From Limnochordia bacterium (GTDB lineage Bacteria; Bacillota; Limnochordia; DTU087; JAAYGB01): a stretch of DNA of 61,725 bases. Of this stretch, positions 8,328 through 16,852 are shown in pieces. The DNA lies in assembly GCA_041687495.1 (NCBI GenBank), contig JAWLBR010000006.1, positions 1 to 61,725 on the forward strand. Reading direction: 5' to 3'. The translations under genes were made by a program, and so were the position numbers. Position 1 is the first letter of the stretch. Each line of letters opens with the position of its first letter. The notes beneath the pieces were generated by a model. It did no database searches and had not been told where the DNA came from. It saw only the letters and a list, made by a program, of their open reading frames with translations.

Positions 8328-9606
8328 ATTGCTTAGCCAGTACTAGAAATATTCCAATATGGACTAGCTGCAGCCCTAGGATCAGGGCGAAGGGCAGTTT
8401 GGCGTGGGTTCGAAACAAGAGTCCGCCAACGGGACCAGCCGGAATCGTAGCCAGTAAGGTCATCGTGGACAGCAGGGACATGACCTTCGCCCTCACTTCG
8501 TCGGGGACTGCATTGGCTAAGTAGCCTGAGCGAAGGGGAGAGATGATGGCCGCTCCCGCTGCCGCCAGGAAGGAATACAGTGCCAATGGCCAAAACAGGC
8601 CGGGCGGAGTTAGCAAAAACAGTACTGTCGCACAAGCTACGATGGATGTCCCGACTACCAGCATCCGCAGCTGCATTCTCTCTGTCACGTTGGGAATCAC
8701 CAGCAGCAAGATTAAGGCCATGCTGGCGGAGGTGATGGGCGGCAACGCTGAAATGATCGATGGGGGCAGAGCCAGTCCCGCTGCTTTGGTCATGTACAGA
8801 CCTGAGTAGGCATTCCAAATGGTGACGTAGAACAAGTTGATAGTCTGGCTGAGAAACAGCAGAAGAATAGTTCTACGGGATGCCAGCAACCGCAGGGTCT
8901 CGATAAACGCCGAGGCTGATTCTCTCAGCCCGGGGGTTGAGACGTTAGCTTCCTTCTCGGTTACTGCCTCCTTGACAAAAATCTGGCGGATGAGCAGAGC
9001 TGATGATGCTAAAGCAAAACCTAGAGCATAAATGGAGCGGACGCCCTTAACGATGCCGTATTGGGCAACTAGGTAGCCGCCGACGGGACCAAACATCCCT
9101 GAACCCAAGAACAGTAGTTCCACTATCGCATAAACGGAGGCGCGGCGGGGACCTGGGGTGTTCTCCACCAATAGGCAGTTCCAACTGGGAATAGCCCCAT
9201 AGTACAGACCGTTGATCAGGGCAGCGGCGATGAAGTACCAATGATTGCGTGCGAAAAACCACAGAAGAATGGATGTCAGCCAGGCGACGGCATCGAAGGT
9301 CTGCATCGTGCGTTTGCGACCCCATACGTCGGCGAAGTGACCGCCGACAATGGCGCCAAAAGCCTGGGACAACAGCAAAAGCGAGCTGATTAATCCCACC
9401 TGCACCTCTGACACTCCGATGGCCACCATATACAGTGGGGTGTAGAGGTTAAACCAACCTACGGTAGTTCCCCACAGGGGTTCGCTGGCCAACAGGCCTT
9501 TCACCGTTGATGTGTGCCCTCGGAACATCTGCACGGTCCGAGAGATCTGGCCTCTGAGGGCCTGCTGCAGACCTACCGGGGAATTGCTTCTTGCGGACAT
9601 AGGCAT
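8290..9606 (-). CDS. MFS transporter
   Basis: GGHFADVWGRKR motif A, about 12 TM segments; start moved to ATG 9606 after AAGGAG RBS. Confidence 0.85.
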   Translation of the reverse strand: MPMSARSNSPVGLQQALRGQISRTVQMFRGHTSTVKGLLASEPLWGTTVGWFNLYTPLYMVAIGVSEVQVGLISSLLLLSQAFGAIVGGHFADVWGRKRTMQTFDAVAWLTSILLWFFARNHWYFIAAALINGLYYGAIPSWNCLLVENTPGPRRASVYAIVELLFLGSGMFGPVGGYLVAQYGIVKGVRSIYALGFALASSALLIRQIFVKEAVTEKEANVSTPGLRESASAFIETLRLLASRRTILLLFLSQTINLFYVTIWNAYSGLYMTKAAGLALPPSIISALPPITSASMALILLLVIPNVTERMQLRMLVVGTSIVACATVLFLLTPPGLFWPLALYSFLAAAGAAIISPLRSGYLANAVPDEVRAKVMSLLSTMTLLATIPAGPVGGLLFRTHAKLPFALILGLQLVHIGIFLVLAKQSRAQVSRPAAGR

Positions 9607-9866
9607 GTCGTTTCTCCTTCTCGCTTCTGTTTCGTTTTGTTCCAGGCTATACTTCGCCGAGGTCGTGGAGAAACTCCTTCCCTCGATGAGTAAACCTGGG
9701 TGGCGCAGGAGGATCCTGCCAATGAAACGAGAAGTTAACTTGCGAGCGTGCCGCGAACATCTCGGTCTGCTTAAGACTTGTAGTTCGGCAGCGTGAGAGC
9801 CGTTCCAAGCCGTACCGGTATAGTCGAAACGATTACAAAACAATCGAGAGCAGGGAGGAGTTCCCT

Positions 9867-10280
9867 TTGATCAGCGGGATCGGACACATTGCACTGCGGT
9901 GCAGTAACCTGGATGAGTCGATTCGTTTCTACACTGAAGTGCTGGGATTGAAGAAGGCTTTTGAACTGCGGGGTGATGATGGACAGCTGTGGCTTGTCTA
10001 TCTGCAGATCAACAAAGATGTGTTTATTGAACTGTTCCCCCACGGAAAAGATCGTAACGAGATTACCAGCTCCACCATCGGCTTCACCCACCTATGTCTG
10101 CAGGTGGATGATATGGAGGCCACCTTGGCAGACCTGGCCAAGCGGGGACTGGAAGTCGGAGAGCCAAACATGGGTAAGGACGGTAACTGGCAGTTCTGGA
10201 TCAAAGATCCCGATGGCAACCCCATCGAGCTGATGCAGATCATGCCTGATTCGCTGCAGCGCAAGAACAGTCGGTTTTAG
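9867..10280 (+). CDS. VOC / glyoxalase (lactoylglutathione lyase-like) protein
   Basis: GHIAL...LDESIRFY..VLGL, FIELF, GFTHLCLQVDD, DPDGNPIELM. Confidence 0.88.
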   Translation: MISGIGHIALRCSNLDESIRFYTEVLGLKKAFELRGDDGQLWLVYLQINKDVFIELFPHGKDRNEITSSTIGFTHLCLQVDDMEATLADLAKRGLEVGEPNMGKDGNWQFWIKDPDGNPIELMQIMPDSLQRKNSRF

Positions 10281-10307
10281 TCCGGTACCAACACGGAGGT
10301 TGGGCAA

Positions 10308-10829
10308 ATGACGAAAGATGTCATCGCGTGTATGGAAGAACGACGGAGCATCCGCCGTCTGGGTGGCGAGGTCAGTGATGCTACGATTGGACGGCTGCTG
10401 GAAGCTGCAGTGCTCGCTCCCAGCGCCGGGAACCGCCAGCCATGGTTTTTCTACGTTGTGAAGAATCGCGAGATTAAGGAGCAGTTGGTTCAGGCGGCCC
10501 ACGGGCAGAGCTTCCTACTGGATGCGCCTGTTGTCATTGTCGCGTGTGCGGATCCCGAAGAGTCTGCGGCCCGCTACGGTGATCGAGGCCGCTATCTGTA
10601 CTGTCTACAGGATACAGCAGCGGCTGTGGAAAACCTTTTGTTGGCGGCTACCGCTTACGGTCTGGGGACTACCTGGGTGGGAGCGTTTTCCGAGGATTTG
10701 GTGGCGAACGCCCTCAACATGCCGCAGGAGCATCGACCGGTGGCGATAATCCCAGTGGGGCTTCCGCAGGATGAACCCAAGCCAAGGCCGAAGAAGAACT
10801 TGGATGATCTGGTGGAGGTCATTGAATAA
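10308..10829 (+). CDS. Nitroreductase family protein
   Basis: RRSIR, APSAGNRQPW.F, QDTAAAVENLLLAA..GLGTTWVG. Confidence 0.92.
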   Translation: MTKDVIACMEERRSIRRLGGEVSDATIGRLLEAAVLAPSAGNRQPWFFYVVKNREIKEQLVQAAHGQSFLLDAPVVIVACADPEESAARYGDRGRYLYCLQDTAAAVENLLLAATAYGLGTTWVGAFSEDLVANALNMPQEHRPVAIIPVGLPQDEPKPRPKKNLDDLVEVIE

Positions 10830-10920
10830 GACCGCTGCCACAACTTAGCAATAGATTGTATAGTCCCGAAAAGAAGGCGCCAACTGCGCCAGACGGGGAA
10901 ACTGGAGGAGGAAACCTAAA

Positions 10921-11919
10921 GTGATCAAGGTTGCAATGTTGAGTGGTTGGCACGTCCACGCCAAAGGCTATGCCCGGCAGGCTAACAGCATCGATGGCGT
11001 ACAGGTTGCTGCGGTGTGGGATGAGAATCCGGAGCGGGGCGAGACCTGGGCAGAGGAGCTAAGTGTTCCGTTCTATGCGGATCTCGACGCAGTCCTGGCA
11101 CTGGAGGACATCGACGGCGTCATCGTCGACACTCCTACCAATATGCACCGGGAAGTAATGGTGAAGGCCGCTAAGGCTGGCAAGCATATCTTCACCGAGA
11201 AAGTTCTTGCTCTGACCCTGGAAGACTGTCACGCCATTGCCGATGCAGTGCGAGAGGCCGGGGTTAAGTTCGCTATCTCCTTCCCGCATCGGACCATGCC
11301 AAGGATGCTGTTCGCAAAGCAAGTGGTGGAGAGTGGAGTCTTGGGCCAAGTTACGCTGCTGCGGATTCGCAACGCCCACAACGGCGCTTCGGCAGGTTGG
11401 CTGCCGCCGCACTTCTACGATCCTGAGACCACCGGTGGTGGCGCCTTGATGGATCTGGGTGCCCACGGCATGTACTTAACCCATTGGATGCTGGGTATGC
11501 CGGAGAGTATCAGTGCATCCTTGACCAATGTGACCGGACACGAGGTCGAAGACAACGCGGTAACTATGATGAAATATGCTGATGGAGCCATTGCCATCCA
11601 AGAAACCGGGTTTGTCTCCAGCCAGTCGCCGTTCTCCTTGGAGATCTTCGGAACAGAGGGCTCCCTTCTCATTGGTGGTCCCAAAGAGACCATCATGTTT
11701 GGCACCAACGGCTCTGGACATGAAGGAATTCCTGGGTGGGTTGTTCCGGCTCGGCTGCCTGAGGCCTCTGCAAGTGCGATGCAGCAGTGGATCGACGGTA
11801 TCCGCAGCGACGCCCCGATTATGTTTGGCCTAGAGGAAGGGATTGTTCTCACCGAGTTGATGGTGGGCGCATACAAGGCCCACGAAACCGGTGCATGGGT
11901 GAAGTTCCCAGTCAAGTGA
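10921..11919 (+). CDS. Gfo/Idh/MocA family oxidoreductase
   Basis: AGKHIFTEK, GGGALMDLGAH motifs; GGAGGAGG RBS. Confidence 0.92.
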   Translation: MIKVAMLSGWHVHAKGYARQANSIDGVQVAAVWDENPERGETWAEELSVPFYADLDAVLALEDIDGVIVDTPTNMHREVMVKAAKAGKHIFTEKVLALTLEDCHAIADAVREAGVKFAISFPHRTMPRMLFAKQVVESGVLGQVTLLRIRNAHNGASAGWLPPHFYDPETTGGGALMDLGAHGMYLTHWMLGMPESISASLTNVTGHEVEDNAVTMMKYADGAIAIQETGFVSSQSPFSLEIFGTEGSLLIGGPKETIMFGTNGSGHEGIPGWVVPARLPEASASAMQQWIDGIRSDAPIMFGLEEGIVLTELMVGAYKAHETGAWVKFPVK

Positions 11920-12010
11920 GTCCGGGGTATTGTAACTGTAGTTGAACATTCGTTCACCGGGTGAGTAAGTAGCAGCAAATGGTGATCTGCGAGTGTTCCT
12001 CGCTTCCACT

Positions 12011-12045
12011 GAGAGGGCTGGCCGGATTCCGGCTGGCTCTCTTTT
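12011..12045 (+). terminator. Probable intrinsic terminator
   Basis: GAGAGGGCTGGCCGG-att-CCGGCTGGCTCTC-TTTT stem containing GU pairs. Confidence 0.55.
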
Positions 12046-12120
12046 GCTGGGGGCTCCTTTTTCACGGGAAAGGGGGAAGGCGCAGGGCGGCTGAAGACCG
12101 GGTCTGGCGCTGAAAAAACG

Positions 12121-12648
12121 ATGGAGAAAAACGAGTGGGTTGCGTGGACCTCAGTTTGTTTACAGGATTGGCAGTTTCATCTAGCGACTACTCAACGGGG
12201 ATTGTGTTTGGTGGCCGTCGATGACAGCGATGAGCAGTTCATAGGTGATCTCCAGCGCCGGTATCCCCAGGCTTCTGTCAACCGGCGGGATCACGAGCTC
12301 AGTTCGTATGTCAAGGAGCTGGCACAGTATTTAGCCGGTGTGAGATCTGAGTTTGATCTTCCCCTCGATATCGAGGGAACGCCGTTCCAACTGCAAACTT
12401 GGCGGGCCCTGAGTGAGATCCCGTACGGTGAAACCAGAACCTATGGGCAGGTGGCTCGAACAATCGGCCGGCCTCAGGCGGCCAGGGCGGTTGGCGGTGC
12501 CTGTAACAAAAATCCAGTGATGCTGTTTGTTCCCTGCCACCGGGTTGTAGGCAGCAATGGCAGCCTTGTTGGTTTTGGGGGGGGCTTGGCGCTAAAACGG
12601 GCGCTGTTGAAATTGGAGCAAGCTGCCTTGCCAGGAAAGTCCGGCTGA
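12121..12648 (+). CDS. ogt: Methylated-DNA--protein-cysteine methyltransferase
   Basis: GTPFQ..W.AL..IPYGETRTY, RAVGGA..NP...PCHRV active-site motif. Confidence 0.93.
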   Translation: MEKNEWVAWTSVCLQDWQFHLATTQRGLCLVAVDDSDEQFIGDLQRRYPQASVNRRDHELSSYVKELAQYLAGVRSEFDLPLDIEGTPFQLQTWRALSEIPYGETRTYGQVARTIGRPQAARAVGGACNKNPVMLFVPCHRVVGSNGSLVGFGGGLALKRALLKLEQAALPGKSG

Positions 12649-12833
12649 TTCGGTAGATTAAGCAGGGCAAGAACCGGCGCTTCTAATCCATAAACTTTAA
12701 CTTTCCCCCGGCTCGATGTTACGGTAGACTGGAGTGAGTAACGAGATAGCCGGCTCGATGCCGTCCAAGATGGGCGGCTTTCTTGTGGGTGGGAGACTTG
12801 CAAATTTGAGTGATGTGGAGAGATGAAGTAGCC

Positions 12834-14129
12834 ATGGCCGTGGTTATAGACAAAGCGCTGCAGCAGAAGCTTCTGCGCAGCAATACGCGGTTTTCGTTCC
12901 TCGATGGTATGTGGTTTAATATTATGATGGGTGCCCTCAACCCGTATATGGGGCTGTATGTCCTGCGGTTGGGTGGGACCGACCAGATGGTCGGATGGCT
13001 CACATCGGTGCCTCCAATTGTCAGCCTCTGGGCGGTGATTGTGGCCGCACCGATTGTGGAGCGGCAGGTGCGTAAGCTGCCGATGATTGTCAAGTTCAAC
13101 TTTGTCTCTCGCAGTATGTTTGCCTTGATGGCCCTGATTCCTTGGCTGCCAGAATCGTTCCGCCCCACGGCTCTGATTGTTGGTTGGGGAGCGATGTATA
13201 TCCCGTGGGCTATGGCTTCGGCCGCGTGGACCCCGATGATCAGTACCTTGATCCCAGGTCGGGAGCGGGGCCGCTTCTTCGGTAACCGCAATACTGCCGG
13301 TGGTGCTGTCGCCTTGGCGTCGACCTTTGTGGTGGGGCGAGTACTGGACCAGATTCCGTTCCTGACAGCCTTTACTGGGATTTTTCTGGTTTCTTTTGTT
13401 GCCGTTATGGTATCTCAGTACTATGTGATCAAGCAGCGGGAACCCGTGGAAGCTGGCAGCGGCGACGTGCCGGCCACGGTGTCCTTTGTTGGTCGAGTGC
13501 GGCGGGTATTCGCCCACCCAGAGCGGGGAAAGCGGTTTGCACTGTACTGCGGAGGGATGCTGGTCTTTCACTTTGGCCTAACTCTAGCCTGGCCACTGTT
13601 TCCAGTCCGGCAGGTTGAGGAGTTGGGATTCTCCAACGGGGTCATCGGTCTTCTTTCTACGGCTGCCAGTACCGCTGCATTGGTCGGGAACTATTTTGGC
13701 GGGCGCATTATTCATCGGTGGGGTTACTCTCGACTGCTTTTGATTACGACACTGGGGTCGGTCCTGCCCCCGCTGGCTTGGTCGGTGTTTTCTTCTCCTT
13801 GGATTTTGGGTATGGTGTCCATCACTGCCAACTTCTTTTCTGCAGGATACTTTATGTGTCAGCTGACTATGGTTTTGGACTTGGCTCCTGAGGAGCGCTT
13901 GTCTGACTACGTAGTTATTAACAGCGCCACCGCGAACCTGGCTGGGGCAGTCGGCCCGCTTGTCGGCAGCTCGGTGGTGGCCGCAGTAGGAATGGGGACT
14001 CAAGTGGGAATGGTGCTATCTTCAGCCGTGATGATTGCTGGAGTGGCCATCCTTGGATATATGCTGAAGCAGCAGAGGCATGCACCGGTGGCCGAGGTAG
14101 ACTCGGCTGCAGCTGGGGCTGATCTATAG
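12834..14129 (+). CDS. MFS transporter
   Basis: About 12 TM segments, W..MI.TLIP..ERGRFFG.RN motif; start chosen at ATG 12834. Confidence 0.82.
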   Translation: MAVVIDKALQQKLLRSNTRFSFLDGMWFNIMMGALNPYMGLYVLRLGGTDQMVGWLTSVPPIVSLWAVIVAAPIVERQVRKLPMIVKFNFVSRSMFALMALIPWLPESFRPTALIVGWGAMYIPWAMASAAWTPMISTLIPGRERGRFFGNRNTAGGAVALASTFVVGRVLDQIPFLTAFTGIFLVSFVAVMVSQYYVIKQREPVEAGSGDVPATVSFVGRVRRVFAHPERGKRFALYCGGMLVFHFGLTLAWPLFPVRQVEELGFSNGVIGLLSTAASTAALVGNYFGGRIIHRWGYSRLLLITTLGSVLPPLAWSVFSSPWILGMVSITANFFSAGYFMCQLTMVLDLAPEERLSDYVVINSATANLAGAVGPLVGSSVVAAVGMGTQVGMVLSSAVMIAGVAILGYMLKQQRHAPVAEVDSAAAGADL

Positions 14130-14147
14130 CCAGAAGGCGAACTCAAC

Positions 14148-14174
14148 AGACCGGGGATCCCCGGTCTTTTTTTT
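14148..14174 (+). terminator. Intrinsic terminator
   Basis: Perfect palindrome AGACCGGGGATCCCCGGTCT followed by a T-run. Confidence 0.85.
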
Positions 14175-14232
14175 ATCTGATTAACTTTGGTGGCGAGGGT
14201 GGATCTGCCAGCCCAGGGCGCCGATATTTGCC

Positions 14233-14290
14233 TTGACTATGTATCATGCTGTTAGTATAATGCCTTTAGATGATTAGAAAGTTATCTAAA
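14233..14290 (+). promoter_or_regulatory. SigA promoter plus inverted-repeat operator for sdpR-sdpI
   Basis: TTGACT-N17-TATAAT (14233-14261); TTTAGAT-N12-ATCTAAA (14265-14290) over the expected start site. Confidence 0.75.
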
Positions 14291-14298
14291 TATCAAAG

Positions 14299-14601
14299 GT
14301 GGGTGATAATTTGGTTTCGCTGAATATCCTATTTAAGGCGTTGTCTGATCCCACCCGGCGCAGGATTCTTCAGATGCTTAACTCTGGCGACTTGACTGCC
14401 GGAGAGATTGCCCAGCAGTTTAAGATTTCTAAACCCAGCATTTCGCATCATCTCTCTCTGCTGAAGCAAGCCGGTTTGGTGTCTGACCAGCGCCAAGGGC
14501 AAAACGTGTACTACTCGTTGGAGACAACCGTATTCCAGGAAGCTGTCGCTTGGTTGATGAACTATACCGGGAAGGGGGAGGATCAGCGTGAGCAAAGCTA
14601 A
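14299..14601 (+). CDS. sdpR: ArsR/SmtB-family autorepressor, SdpR-like
   Basis: FKALSDPTRR.IL.ML..GDLTAGEIA..F.ISKPSISHHL..LKQA.LV..R.GQ..YYSL.TTVFQE; overlaps the SdpI-like gene. Confidence 0.85.
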   Translation: MGDNLVSLNILFKALSDPTRRRILQMLNSGDLTAGEIAQQFKISKPSISHHLSLLKQAGLVSDQRQGQNVYYSLETTVFQEAVAWLMNYTGKGEDQREQS

Positions 14602-15250
14602 TCTATGGAATCAATTTGGAATCAAGCGTGACTGGCCTATCTGGCTCCTGCTGTTGGGACTGTTCGTGGTCGGGGCCATCGTATACCCGCAGCTGCCAGA
14701 CAAAGTTCCATCCCACTGGAATTTTCGAGGTGAGGTTGATGGCTACTCCAGCAAGTTCTTCGGCGCTTTTGGGATTCCACTGATGACTACAGGCTTCTAC
14801 GTGCTGATGGTTTTCATACCACTGCTGGATCCTAGATTTGAGAACTACAGTCGGTTTGCGGCTTCGTACAATACGGTGCGGCGGGTAACAGTTGGGTTTT
14901 TTGTCCTTTTGCACATCGTGGTCTTGGCGGCAGCTTTGGGCTACGATATCCAGATGGGGACGATTGTCCAAGCCGGGGTATCTCTCTTGTTTGTCATCAT
15001 CGGTAATTCCATGGGGCGGGTGCGGCACAACTACTTCTTTGGCATCCGTACTCCGTGGACGCTGGCCGACGAAGGGGTCTGGCGGCAGACTCACCGAGTT
15101 GGTGGAAGACTATTTGTGCTGGGTGGCTTCATTGGTCTGGTTTCCACCTGGCTTCCAGTCCCGTTCAATGCCTGGGGGTTTGGGCTGGGGATGATCTTGG
15201 CTGGGGGTATTCCCATGGCTTATTCGTACCTTCTATACAAAAGACGCTAG
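14588..15250 (+). CDS. sdpI: SdpI-family immunity membrane protein (DUF1648 + SdpI)
   Basis: YPQLPDKVPSHWNFRGEVDGY; GN.MG.V..NYFFGIRTPWTL..E.VW..THR.GG. Confidence 0.88.
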   Translation: MSKANLWNQFGIKRDWPIWLLLLGLFVVGAIVYPQLPDKVPSHWNFRGEVDGYSSKFFGAFGIPLMTTGFYVLMVFIPLLDPRFENYSRFAASYNTVRRVTVGFFVLLHIVVLAAALGYDIQMGTIVQAGVSLLFVIIGNSMGRVRHNYFFGIRTPWTLADEGVWRQTHRVGGRLFVLGGFIGLVSTWLPVPFNAWGFGLGMILAGGIPMAYSYLLYKRR

Positions 15251-15262
15251 ATAACAACTTGT

Positions 15263-15295
15263 GGGGCGCACTTCAACTGCAGTGGAGTGCGCCCC
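15263..15295 (+). terminator. Hairpin after sdpI
   Basis: GGGGCGCACTTCA/TGGAGTGCGCCCC stem; no T-run. Confidence 0.5.
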
Positions 15296-15431
15296 TGGCG
15301 CGTCTAGCAGGCAGGAACACTGGGAGCAGAGCCGAAGAAGTAACCAGCAGTTTGAGCAAACTTTGGGGGAAGGAGGGTAGGCACATACCCGTTCTTGAGG
15401 TCAAGAACCAGAGGGTGTGTGCCGATTCCCA

Positions 15432-16787
15432 ATGGAGAATACCCATAAGCGTTTCCGATACAGCTCGCTCTCCGAGATCCGCAAGGATGCGGTTGAGCTG
15501 GAGCTGGCTCTAGGCTTTTGTGATGATATCTCACCACTGCTGGAGGGTGTGGATCTCTTAGGCCGCACTATCCCCAATCGGTTGGCCATCAACCCAATGG
15601 AAGGGTGTGACGGCACCCGCGGAGGTGAACCCGGTGAGCTGACTTTCCGCCGTTACCATAGGTTTGCCCGGGGCGGTGCTGGCTTGCTGTGGTTTGAGGC
15701 AACGGCGGTCGTGCCCGAGGGAAGAGCCAATCCTCGCCAGCTCTACTTGCACAAAGACAACAGCGACGCTTTTCGGGAACTGCTTGACTCTTCCTTGCGG
15801 GAAGCTCGCAAGGGGGGAGGAGAAGAATTCCGCCCCTTGACGGTGCTGCAGCTCACCCATTCCGGGCGCTACAGTCGACCCGATGGTTCTCGGGCCCCGG
15901 TGATTGCCTTCCCGGATCCACTGCTGGATCCAGGCACTGGGGTAGCGGCGGGGCAGCAGCCGATTACCGACGCTGAGCTTGAACAGTTGATGGACAAGTT
16001 TGTGGACGCGGCGATTCTCGCCAGAGATATCGGTTTTGATGCCGTGGACCTAAAGCACTGCCATCGCTATCTGCCTTCGGAGCTGCTGGCAGCCCATACG
16101 CGGCAAGGCCGGTTTGGCGGCAGCCTTGAAAACCGGACCCGATTCCTGCTGGAGCTGGTAGACAGGATTAAAGAAGCAACGGGAGATTCTCTGATCATCA
16201 CGACCCGCCTCAATGTCTATGACGGGCACCCTTATCCTTACGGGTGGGGAGTAAAGCCTGAAGAGGGAAGTACTGAAGTATGCCTAGATGAACCATTGTG
16301 GTTAGTGAGACAGTTGGCAGACAAGGGAATTAAGTTGATTAACGTGACCGCCGGGAATCCGTACTATACTCCCCACATTAACCGTCCTTTCGACATTGCC
16401 TTACCAGGAGGGTACACCCCACCAGAACATCCTTTGGCCGGGGTGAACCGCTTGGTGCAGATTACGAGGAAGGTCCAAGAGACCGTACCTGAAGTGCTGG
16501 TTCTCGCCAGTGGGTACAGTTGGTTGCGGCAGTTTTTCCCCAACGCTGGTGCGTATTCGCTGCGGCACGGCTGGGCCAGTCTTATCGGTGTGGGTAGGCA
16601 GGCTTTTGCATATCCTAGTTTTGCCAGGGACTTGCTGGAAACCGGAGGGTTGGCTCCCGAGCAGTGCTGTATCACCTGCTCCCGGTGTACGCAGATCATG
16701 CGCACTGGAGGACAAGCTGGTTGCCCAGTCCGTGACCGAGAGGTGTACCTTCCCATTCTGCAGGAAGGACTGGCTAAGCAGGAATAG
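15432..16787 (+). CDS. NADH:flavin oxidoreductase (old yellow enzyme family) with C-terminal Cys cluster
   Basis: NRLAINPMEG, GGAGLLWFEA, QLTHSGR, GFDAVDLK.CH.YL, GGSLENRTRF, CITCSRC..GCP. Confidence 0.88.
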   Translation: MENTHKRFRYSSLSEIRKDAVELELALGFCDDISPLLEGVDLLGRTIPNRLAINPMEGCDGTRGGEPGELTFRRYHRFARGGAGLLWFEATAVVPEGRANPRQLYLHKDNSDAFRELLDSSLREARKGGGEEFRPLTVLQLTHSGRYSRPDGSRAPVIAFPDPLLDPGTGVAAGQQPITDAELEQLMDKFVDAAILARDIGFDAVDLKHCHRYLPSELLAAHTRQGRFGGSLENRTRFLLELVDRIKEATGDSLIITTRLNVYDGHPYPYGWGVKPEEGSTEVCLDEPLWLVRQLADKGIKLINVTAGNPYYTPHINRPFDIALPGGYTPPEHPLAGVNRLVQITRKVQETVPEVLVLASGYSWLRQFFPNAGAYSLRHGWASLIGVGRQAFAYPSFARDLLETGGLAPEQCCITCSRCTQIMRTGGQAGCPVRDREVYLPILQEGLAKQE

Positions 16788-16852
16788 GGCTGTGACATGA
16801 CAAATGCCGGCCTTGTGGTTGAGGTGCAAGACCCAGCAAAGGAGAGAAGATT

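Noticed and set aside
9739-9850. Hairpins and a LacI-like half-site (GAAACGATTACA) in the glyoxalase leader as a riboswitch
   Set aside because: No recognisable aptamer or terminator; the stems are imperfect
11979-12113. 44-codon ORF (MVICECSS...) upstream of ogt
   Set aside because: No RBS, and it runs through a terminator-like hairpin
12474-13571. 365-aa minus-strand ORF
   Set aside because: Antisense shadow of ogt and the MFS gene; no RBS or motifs, and the composition is atypical
14220-14228. GCCGATAT, a SigD -10 element
   Set aside because: No TAAA -35 at the right spacing, and a good SigA promoter is adjacent
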